DNA from: Paraspadella gotoi
Taxonomy: Eukaryota > Animalia > Chaetognatha
Direction: 5' to 3'
Length of the DNA stretch: 8,244 nucleotides
NCBI GenBank assembly: GCA_051294375.1
Contig: CM119267.1
Coordinates: 23,384,033-23,392,276 of the forward strand
Position numbers and translations under genes: made by a program. Below are positions 1 to 7,274 of this stretch, piece after piece. The notes beneath the pieces are model-generated. The model had not been told where the DNA came from. It worked only from the letters and a program-made list of their open reading frames with translations, and did no database searches. Each line of letters begins with the position of its first letter. The stretch's first letter is position 1.

Positions 1-547
1 GGAGAAGAGAGGACGAGGAAAACTGTAGAGGACGAAACCGAGGAGACAGAGAAGTTGAGAGGAGAACGAAATAGAGAGGGCGCTGGTTAGTGGCTACGTC
101 AACGGGAAGGCGATTCGGACAAAAGATCGACTTCCTGATTTGACCGTTAGACGTCGCTTCAAAAGGCCTCGCCCACGCCGCTGCGCGCCCTCTTGCGGTT
201 GGCTTTTGTTCTTGTCGTCGGTTTGAAAGTGAAAAGCGCTAATTGCTGATTTTGGAGAAAATAGTGAAAAGAGATGTGAGAGGAAAAGAAAGGGGAAAGA
301 TGTGAAAAAAAAGGAAAGGAAAGGAAAGGAAAGGAAAGGAAAGGAAAGGAAAGGAAAGGAAAGAAAAAAGAAAGAAAGCAAGAAAGTATAAAAAGGAGAG
401 ATGAGAATAAATAAAAGGAGAAAGGAAGAAAGAAAAATAGAAAAAAGCAAAAAAAATAAATAATAATTTTATTAATAGTTCACCAACTTCACCTGTTCTA
501 CAAAGACTCGAGTGTCAATACAATTGAATGAAACATAATGAAACATA
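1..547 (+). repeat. ~1.8 kb unit, copy A (partial; corresponds to ~1865-2416 and ~5423-6008)
   Basis: Shares AAATAGAGAGGGCGCTGGTTAGTGGCTACGTCAACGGGAA, TTTGACCGTTAGACGTCGCT, CACCAACTTCACCTGTTC and AAAGACTCGAGTGTCA in the same order as copies B and C; cut by the window edge and an N gap. Confidence 0.95.
311..360 (+). repeat. (AAGGA)10 microsatellite
   Basis: Perfect pentamer run; degenerate at the equivalent sites in copies B and C. Confidence 0.95.
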
Positions 548-557
548 NNNNNNNNNN
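548..557. other. Assembly gap (10 N)
   Basis: N run; truncates copy A. Confidence 0.99.
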
Positions 558-635
558 CCTTATCCCTTTTCTCAATTTTTCCATTTTTTCTTTATCCCTT
601 CTCCTTATCCCTTTTCTCCATTTTTCCATTTTCTC
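558..635 (+). repeat. Short tandem duplication, period ~45 bp
   Basis: CCTTATCCCTTTTCTCMATTTTTCCATTTT at 558 and 603. Confidence 0.8.
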
Positions 636-760
636 TCCCCTTAAATTTTCTTTCTTCTTCCTCATCTTCCATTTCCATTCGCCAAAGACAAAGTTTGTTC
701 TTCGTATTTTCTTTCTTTCCTCGATTCTCGGGTCTTCACTCAATTTTCTTCGTCTCCTCT

Positions 761-800
761 TGTCTGTCTATCTGTCTGTCTGTCTGTATGTCTGTCTGTA
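761..800 (+). repeat. Imperfect (TGTC)n microsatellite
   Basis: TGTCTGTCTATCTGTCTGTCTGTCTGTATGTCTGTCTGTA. Confidence 0.9.
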
Positions 801-1194
801 CGTCCTTCTTTACGACTGTCTCTCTGTCTCCCAATCGCAACGTTCTCTATTTTTTGCTGTCTATATTCGTAAAAAACTCCGTTTCATTTTCAATTATTTT
901 CCTTCGATTTCTCCTCTTCCTCTTCCTCCCTCCATTCCACCCTTTCCTTCTTCCTCTTCTCCTCTTCTCTTCCTCTTCTCTTTTCTCTTTGTAAAGAACA
1001 AGAATTTCGATATATCGACATCTTGACTTTCGTGATTCTCAGCTGGTCTTCTTTCCCCCTCTCTCTTTCTCCTCTTTTTCTTCCTCCATTCTCTCTTTAT
1101 ATTTTCTTTTTCTTCCTCCTTCCTCTATTTTATTTTCTCTTTCCTTTTTTTCACCTCCGCTCCACTCACTTCACAACCATAACTCCACCACTAG

Positions 1195-1719
1195 AGCATC
1201 ACTTGGCTCCACTCCCATCACCGCTCCTACCCTTACTCTTTCCTTCCGGCGGGTTCTCGCCGCCGCCCAATTCTGAGAGAGGCCGCTCCTTAAGCCTCAG
1301 CGCCATCAGGCTTCAAAGTCTGTGGCGTCGGCGTCAAAGTCTGCGGTGCCGGCGTCAAAGTCTACGGCGCCGGCGTCAAAGTCTGCGGTGCCGGCGTCAA
1401 AGTCTACGGCGGCGGCGTCAAAGTCTACGGCGGCGGCGTCAAAGTCTACGGCGGCGGCGTCAAAGTCTACGGCGCCGGCGTCAAAGTCTGCGGCGCCGGC
1501 CTCAAAGTCTTCGGTACCGGCGTCAAAGTCTACGGCGGGGCGTCAAAGTCTATGCGCCGCGTCAGCTCTGGGCGTGCGTCAAAGTCTACGCGGCCACGAT
1601 CAAGCTAGCGCGCGCGTCAAAGTCTGCGCGCCGCGCTCAAAGTCGCGAAGCCCTTGATCGAAATCTCCTTCTCCCAGACGACCGAATTCAAAAACTGCAA
1701 TCGGCGGAGGGGTCGCGCG
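1195..1719 (+). CDS. Candidate exon of an unidentified protein: IQ-like motif, Arg-rich heptad repeat, short helical tail; boundaries uncertain
   Basis: Frame of ORF 1023..2009 reads SLSAIRLQSLWRRR(QSLRRRR)n...EALDR...KLQSAEG. First AG after a long pyrimidine-rich tract is at 1193-1194; weak donor GTGGGG at 1720, or the exon may run on through the purine-rich E/R/K-coding stretch. Common unit variants are synonymous in this frame (CTG/CTA/CTT, CGC/CGG/CGT). Confidence 0.5.
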
Positions 1720-3058
1720 GTGGGGAGGGGGAGAGGTGGAGGGGGAGAGAGGTGGGGATGAGGAGGAAGAGGAGGGAGGAAGAGAGAGAAAGGAGGAAAG
1801 AGCGAGAGGAGAGGAGGAGGATATGTAGAAGAGAAGAGGAGGGAGGGGAAAAAGGAAAGATTGTGGAGAAGAAGAGGACGAGGAAAACTGTAGAGGACGA
1901 AACCGAGACAGGACAGAGAACAGTTGAGAGGAGAAGCGAAATAGAGAGGGCGCTGGTTAGTGGCTACGTCAACGGGAAAGGCGGATTCGACAAAGATCGA
2001 CTTCCTTGATTTTGACCGTTAGACGTCGCTTCAAAAGGCCTCTGCCACGCCGCTGCGCGCCCTCTTGCGGTTGCTTTTTGTTCTTGTCGTCTGGTTTGAA
2101 AGTGAACAGCGCTAATTGCCTGATTTTGGAAAAATAGTGAAAAGAGTTGGAGAGGAAAAGAAGGGAAAGATGTGAAAAAGAAAGGAAGAAGGAAAGAAGG
2201 GAAAAGGAAGGAAAGGAAAGGAAAGGAAGGAAAAAAGAAAAGAAAGCAAGAATAAAAGGAGAGATGAGAATAAATAAAAGAGAAAGGAAGAAAGAAAAAT
2301 AGAAAAAGCCAAAAAAAATAAATAATAATTTTTATTAATAGTTCACCAACTTCACCTGTTCTACACAAAGACTCGAGTGTCACATACAATTGAACTGAAA
2401 ACATAATGAAAACATAAAGAGGAGACGAGGGTAGTTGGATAGAGAATGAGAGAAGATAGAGAGAGAGAGAGAGAGAAAGGAGAGTAGTAGAGAGAGAGAG
2501 AGAAGAGACGAGAGAGAGAGAGAGAGAGGGCTTCTCATGAGAGGTTTTCCTTGTTCGGTTCAACAACTTTTTTTTTGAAGGCAGATTTTTTTTATTACAG
2601 AAAACTTGAAGATTGAAGGAGAATAAGCAAGACAAAAACGATGAGAGAGAGAGAGAGCATAAGAGGAGAGGGACGAGACGCGAGAGAAGAGAGAGAGAAG
2701 AGAGTTTTCAAGTTGTTTTTAAAATTTCGGCAAAAAAAGAGGCGGGATTAAACATATGGAAAGGAAGACCGTGAGAACGAGGAGGAAGAGGAACGGATGG
2801 GAAGAGAGGAGGGAAAGGAGGAGGAGAAGGAGGAGACGAGTTTTTGTTTTTTTTATAGAAATTTCCAAAGAGAGGTTTAAACATTTAAGAGAAGGTAAAT
2901 GGGAAGAGGTGAGAGGGGAGAGTGAGATAGAGTGAACCTAGTGAGGGAGAGATGGAAGAAAAGAGAATGAAGAGAGAGAGAAGAGCTGAAAGAGAGAGAG
3001 AGAGAGGGGATGTGAAGAGAGTAGAATATCTATCGCTTTTTTTTATAATCACTTAAGA
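1217..3058 (+). repeat. ~1.8 kb unit, copy B
   Basis: Collinear with 4854-6670 from CGCTCCTACCCTTACTCTTT to ATCTATCGCTTTT..AATCACTT; differences are mainly small indels and repeat-length changes. Confidence 0.95.
1309..1645 (+). repeat. 21-bp minisatellite, consensus GGCGTCAAAGTCTRCGGYGSC, ~17 units
   Basis: CAAAGTC recurs at 1314, 1335, 1356, 1377, 1398, 1419, 1440, 1461, 1482, 1503, 1524 (exact 21-bp period), then degenerate or shortened units at ~1544, 1563, 1580, 1601, 1618, 1638. Confidence 0.97.
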
Positions 3059-3749
3059 GATCACGGACCGCAGATCGAATCGGCGGCCCGCAACTACTGA
3101 TGTTTTAGTCATTATTAGCAGCATGAATCGTTCTTTACTAAAGTATTTGCTAATCCAATCAGGTTTATTGGAATGATGAATAATGTTTAAATTTTAATTC
3201 CCTGTTATCTTTAATTGCCTAAAGGTACCATATGTCCCAAAAGCCTGATTATTGATAAATTGGATCTACCAGACCTTGATGGTATGATTTTTTAGTTAAT
3301 ACGGAATGTTGGTTTTACGTTTTTCCCGTTGTTTTCAAAAACCTTGCCTTTTACATGAAATATTAATCATAATCTCATATAAGTTTGTAAGCTTTGAAAA
3401 GTTTGACCATGAAGAAATTACTCGGCGATCTCAATTTATTGTTTGTTTTTTTTCAATTTCTCTTGCATTTAAATATCCTTTTTTTGGTGTTCAAATTATG
3501 GACCGTCTAAATCTTTAACGATTAAGTAACCCAATTTTTTTATGGTTTATAAATGTTTTGCCAAATATTTTTGTTCCCACAATTTTCTTGTAAGATTCTT
3601 TAATGGGGGGGGAAAATCGCAGACAAAATTAATTTTTTTTTTCCAGAATTTAAACTATTAAAAAGATAAAGAATCAACAATTAATATTTAAAAAAAATAG
3701 ATAATTTAAGATATGAAGTTTGTCGGTTGAACAACAAAGAAAGAAAGAA

Positions 3750-4044
3750 ATGTCGCCGCACTCGATCTCTCGCCCATCCTTGGAGGAGGATCTCCCGCGA
3801 GTCGGCTCGATCGGCGACGCCGAGCGCTCTCGACGCTCCTCTCCTCAGGCGTCGACGTCAACGGCCCGCCCACGCCCTCAAACGGATGGGACGGCGCTTC
3901 ATTGGCGGCTCATCGGGGCTACCACGAGCAATCTGCAAGTTTCTTCTTTGCAACAGCGGACCGAATCCAAAGTCAAGAATTTGTAGGGAGAAAAGCGCCG
4001 GGGAAGTTGACGCGAAGAGGCCGGACATTCTCCGGAATGCTTGG
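3750..4044 (+). CDS. ANKRD40: ANKRD40 coding exon 1 (ankyrin repeat region)
   Basis: ATG at 3750 opens the GC-rich island; ankyrin motifs G-VDVN and GWTALHWAA-RG; ends at donor TTGG|GTGAGA. Confidence 0.85.
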
Positions 4045-4748
4045 GTGAGAGAAAGAGAGAGAGAGAGTGAAGAGAGAGATTCTAGGCTTCGAGTTTAGTT
4101 TAAACATGAAAGACGTGGCCCTTTTATTATTTCCTCCAGTGAACCAGAGACCCGCGGATGCGGCGGCCACAAGCTCCGCCTCAGCCGCCGCAGCCCGCCG
4201 CCCGCCGCCTCAAAAGAAGCCAGCCGCCTTCTTATCCCGAACGCAAGCAGCCGTGAATCGCCCGACGAGTTTCCCGTCGCCGCCTTGTCCCCGCTCGCCC
4301 CTCGATCCGCGTCGCTCAAACCGTCCGCCTCGCCGCCTCCGTTCGACCGTCCCACCTTAACCCCCGCCTTAAACCCCGCTCTAACCCCGCCTTAACCCGG
4401 GCTACAATCCCGACGAGTTGAGGTGGTCAAAGTTCGCATCGAAGGGTCACCCCGACGCCACTTCAATCCGAGGTGGAGCTTCCGGCGCGGCCCCCGGCGG
4501 CTCGACTTCGCAGCTGCTCCTCGACGTCCTCAGCGAGGGTTGGGCGTGGCCAAGAACCTCATCTCCAAGGCTGCGGAAAGCGGCCCGACACGAATCCTCC
4601 GCAAGATCGAGACCTTTTGCGTCTACAGGGATTTTTGAAGAGTTGGAAGTCGCTCGTGAGTCAAACGCCCTGCGTCGAACTCGCCCTCCCAGCGGCGGGA
4701 GATATTGCCTCGATATGGGAGCGTGGAATGCCAGGTTTCTTGTATTGA
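3750..4748 (+). CDS. ANKRD40: Ankyrin repeat domain-containing protein 40 homolog, two coding exons (3750-4044, 4140-4748); frame broken by many small indels, likely sequencing error
   Basis: Switching among the three + frames gives approx. MSPHSISRPSLEEDLRESAxIGDAERxSTLLSSGVDVNARHALNGWTALHWAAHRGYHEICKFLLxxSGxNPKVKNLxGEKPGKLTRRPDILRMLG ... QKKPAAFIPN ... DELVVKVRIEGHPDAxFIEVELP..LDFAALLDVLSEGLGVAKNLISKLRKRPDTILRKDRDLLRLQDFEELEVA ... ARFLY*. This is collinear with human ANKRD40 as I recall it (LREAAALGD, SGVDVN, NGWTCLHWA, GEMPVQLT, FVPNY, ELVLKVRI, DFIEIEL, IRKLPNTLLRKDKDVARLQDFQELELV, C-terminal Y). Directly readable motifs: GVDVN 3848-3862, NGW 3881-3889, TALHW 3891-3905, VVKVRI 4423-4440, DRDLLRLQ 4605-4628, FEELEV 4634-4651. 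No alignment was run. Confidence 0.9.
4045..4139 (+). other. Spliceosomal GT-AG intron (95 nt)
   Basis: Starts GTGAGA, contains a GA tract, ends CTTTTATTATTTCCTCCAG (pyrimidine tract + CAG); separates two blocks of ANKRD40 similarity. Confidence 0.85.
4140..4748 (+). CDS. ANKRD40: ANKRD40 coding exon 2 (Pro/Ala-rich linker and conserved C-terminal domain)
   Basis: Follows the CCTCCAG acceptor; VNQRPADAAAT...QKKPAAF, then VVKVRIEG, LLDVLSEG, LGVAKNLISK, DRDLLRLQ, FEELEV spread over ORFs 4418, 4423 and 4473; ends TAT TGA at 4743-4748. Confidence 0.85.
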
Positions 4749-4759
4749 ACGAGAGTGGG

Positions 4760-4762
<3 letters not shown>

Positions 4763-4798
<36 letters not shown>
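4763..4798 (+). repeat. (AG)18 microsatellite just 3' of the ANKRD40 stop
   Basis: Perfect dinucleotide run. Confidence 0.95.
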
Positions 4799-4803
<5 letters not shown>

Positions 4804-4819
4804 AGAGAGGAAAGAGAGG

Positions 4820-4844
4820 NNNNNNNNNNNNNNNNNNNNNNNNN
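4820..4844. other. Assembly gap (25 N)
   Basis: N run between the ANKRD40 block and copy C. Confidence 0.99.
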
Positions 4845-4853
4845 AAGAGAGAG

Positions 4854-5244
4854 ATCACACGCTCCTACCCTTACTCTTTTTTCCGGCGGGTTCTTTCGCC
4901 GACGCCCAATTTCTGAGAGAGCCGCTCCTTAAGCCTCAGCGCCATCAGGCTTCAAAGTCTGTGCGCTCGGCGTCAAAGCCTGCGGTGCCGGCGTCAAAGA
5001 ATGCGGTGCCGGCGTCAAAGTCTGCGGTGCCGGCCTCAAAGTCTATGGCGCCGGCGTCAAAGTCTGCGGTGCGCGGCGTCAAAGTCTACGGACGGCGCAC
5101 TGGAGTCTAAAAGTCTAGCGGCGCCGGCGTCAAAGTCTGCGGCGCCGCGCGGCAAAAGTCTGCGGCGCCTGGAAGCCCTTGATCGAAAATTCTTCTCCAC
5201 GACGACCGAATTCAAAAAAACTGCAATCGGCGGAGGGTCGCGCG
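4854..5244 (+). CDS. Second, noisier and 5'-truncated copy of the IQ-like/Arg-repeat candidate exon
   Basis: GCC ATC AGG CTT CAA AGT CTG from 4941; exits the array in the same frame as SLRRLEALDRKFFSTTTEFKK (ORF 5001..5264). Confidence 0.4.
4948..5169 (+). repeat. 21-bp minisatellite, second array, ~10 units
   Basis: Cores at 4953, 4974, 4995, 5016, 5037, 5058, 5080, ~5108, 5131, 5153. Confidence 0.95.
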
Positions 5245-6038
5245 GTGGGAGGGGGAGAGGTTGAGGGGGGGGAAGAGAGTGGGGGATGAGGAGGAAGAGG
5301 AGGAGGAAGAGAGAGAAAGAGGAGAAGAGCGAGAGAGGAGGAGGAGGATGACTGTAGGAAGACGAAGAGGAGAGGAAGAGAGAGAAAGGAGGAAAGAGGA
5401 GAGAGAGGAAAAGAGAAAAATTGGAAAGAGAGGACGAGGAAATGAGAGGACGAAAAGACAGAGCGAGCGAGACCAGACGAAGACAGAGAACGAGAGTTGA
5501 GAGGAGAACGAAATAGAGAGGGCGCTGGTTAGTGGCTACGTCAACGGGAAGGCGATTCGGACAAAGATCGACTTCTTGATTTTGACCGTTAGACGTCGCT
5601 CAAAAGGCCTCGCCACGCCGCTGGCGCGCCCTCTTGCGGTTGGTTTTGTTCTTGTCGTCGGTTTGAAAGTGAACAAGCGCTAATTGCTGATCATTTGAGA
5701 AAAATAGTGATAAAGAGATGTGGAGAGGCAAAAGAACAGGGAAAGATGTGAAAAAGGAAAGGAAGGAAGGAAAGGAAGGAAGGAAAGAAGGAAAAGAGGA
5801 AAGGAAAGGAAAGGAAGGAAAAAAGAAAAGAAAGAGAAGCAAGAAGTAAAAAAGGAGAGATGAGAATAAATAAAAGAGAAAGGAAGAGAAAGAAAAATAG
5901 AAAAAGCAAAAAAAAAATAATAATTTTATTAATAGTTGCACCAACTTCACCTGTTCACATCAAAGACTCGAGTGTCAATACAATTGAATGAAAACACTAA
6001 TAAAACATAAGAGGAGAACGAGGGGTTATAGATAATGG

Positions 6039-6041
<3 letters not shown>

Positions 6042-6069
<28 letters not shown>
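6042..6069 (+). repeat. (AG)14 microsatellite
   Basis: Perfect run within a longer GA-rich tract; equivalent tract at ~2458-2528 in copy B. Confidence 0.9.
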
Positions 6070-6074
<5 letters not shown>

Positions 6075-6582
6075 AGAGAGCAGAGAAGAGAGACGAGAAG
6101 AGACGAGAGAGAGAGAGGACTTCTCTGAGAGAGTTTTCCTTGTTCGGTTCCAGCAACTTTTTTTTTTGAAAGGCAGAATTTTTTTTTTTAAGAAAACTTG
6201 CAAGATTGAAAGGAGAATAGCAAGACAAAACGTGAAACGAGAGAGAAGAGGAGAGAGCAGAGGAGAGGGACGAGAGAAGAGAGAGAGAGAGAAGAGGTTT
6301 TGCAAGTTGTTTTTAAATTTCCGGCAAAAAAGAAAGGCGGGATTAAAATATGAAAGGAAAGACGTGAGCGAACGAGGAGGAAGAGGAACGGATGAAAGTA
6401 GGAGGACGGAGGAGGAAGAGAGAAAAAGAGGAGACGAGTTTTGTTTTTTTTAGAAATTTCCAAAGAGAGGTTTAACTTTAAGAGAAGGAATGGGGAGAGG
6501 TGAGAGGGAGGAGAAGTGAAAGATAGAGGTGAACTAGTGAGGGAGAGATGGAAGGGGGAAAAGGGGAAAAAGAAAGTGAGAG

Positions 6583-6585
<3 letters not shown>

Positions 6586-6621
<36 letters not shown>
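6586..6621 (+). repeat. (GA)18 microsatellite
   Basis: Perfect run; shorter at the equivalent position (~2991-3006) in copy B. Confidence 0.9.
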
Positions 6622-6628
<7 letters not shown>

Positions 6629-6713
6629 CTGTGAAGAGAGAGAAATAATCTATCGCTTTTAATCACTTGAGGAAAACTGGAAAAGAAGGAAGAAGATCTG
6701 GAAGCAGAGGGAA

Positions 6714-7151
6714 GAAAATTTGATAGAGATAGATTTACAGATGGGAGAATGATTGATAGAGATTGATTTACAGATGGGAGAAAGATTGATAGAGATTGTT
6801 TTACGGATGGGAGAAAGATTGATAGAGATTGTTTTACAGATGGGAGAAAGATTGATAGAGATTGATTTACAGATGGTAGAAAGATTGATAGAGATTGATT
6901 TACAGATGGGAGAAAGATTGATAGAGATTGATTTACAGATGGGAGAATGATTGATCGAGATTGTGTTTACAGATGGGATAAAGATTGATAGAGATTGAAT
7001 TACAGATGGGAGAAAGATTGATAGAGATAGATTTACAGATGGGAGAACGATTGATAGAGATTGATTTACAGATGGGAGAAAGATTGATAGAGATTGATTT
7101 ACCGATGGGACAAAGATTGATAGAGATTGATTTACAGATGGTAGAAAGATT
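6714..7151 (+). repeat. 33-bp minisatellite, consensus GATTGATAGAGATTGATTTACAGATGGGAGAAA, 13 units
   Basis: C(A/G/C)GATGG at 6738, 6771, 6804, 6837, 6870, 6903, 6936, 6970, 7003, 7036, 7069, 7102, 7135; period 33 with one 34-bp unit. Confidence 0.98.
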
Positions 7152-7274
7152 AAATAAAGAACGATCACGCAAGGATCGTTAGACGAAAAGAGAGAGAAGA
7201 GAAAGAGAGAAAGAGAGACAAGCTGGACAGCTGCTTTGAAGGCCGCTGTACAGTAAGTGCAGAACTGGAACTCG

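Larger units (their letters stand above)
4854..6670 (+). repeat. ~1.8 kb unit, copy C
   Basis: Direct repeat of 1217-3058; begins ~10 nt after the 25-N gap. Confidence 0.95.

Noticed and set aside
94-1026. F/L/S-rich 'membrane protein' ORFs (also 1964-2635 and 5600-6666 on -)
   Set aside because: Translations of CT/GA simple repeats; some cross N gaps; frames are not conserved between the copies.
1309-1645. CRISPR-like array (constant 13-bp core plus variable 8 bp)
   Set aside because: The variable parts are short variants of one sequence, not unique spacers; no cas genes; eukaryotic context.
1322-1657. Histone H1-like (PASKSTA)n ORF
   Set aside because: Common unit variants are non-synonymous in this frame and it stops right after the array; the QSLR frame fits better.
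1306-1694. Minus-strand exon encoding (DFDAGAV)n..DFEA*, with TTGCAG acceptor and a GTAAGG donor-like site near 1236
   Set aside because: Not excluded, but the common variants are non-synonymous in that frame, a stop precedes the donor, and no motif comparable to the + strand IQ-like entry is present.
3306-3518. 70-aa ORF in AT-rich DNA (similarly 7779-8018 on -)
   Set aside because: Composition is unlike the GC-rich exons, no motif is present, and the poly-Val in the latter is just the GAC repeat.
4351-4398. Telomere-like CCCTAA repeats
   Set aside because: Period is 11-12 bp, there are only four units, and it lies inside the ANKRD40 coding exon.
4731-4740. Splice donor CAG|GTTTCT
   Set aside because: ANKRD40 similarity points to a C-terminal Tyr-stop at 4743-4748, so no further exon is needed.
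1217-6670. Copies B and C as LTRs of a retrotransposon that captured ANKRD40
   Set aside because: No TG...CA ends, primer-binding site, target-site duplication or gag/pol remnant seen; a third copy exists; ANKRD40 keeps its intron; one boundary is at an assembly gap.
6714-7151. CRISPR array or repeat-protein gene (ORFs 6659, 6753, 6933, 6985)
   Set aside because: Head-to-tail units without spacers; the ORFs follow from a unit length divisible by 3 and have no recognisable domain or supported exon boundaries.
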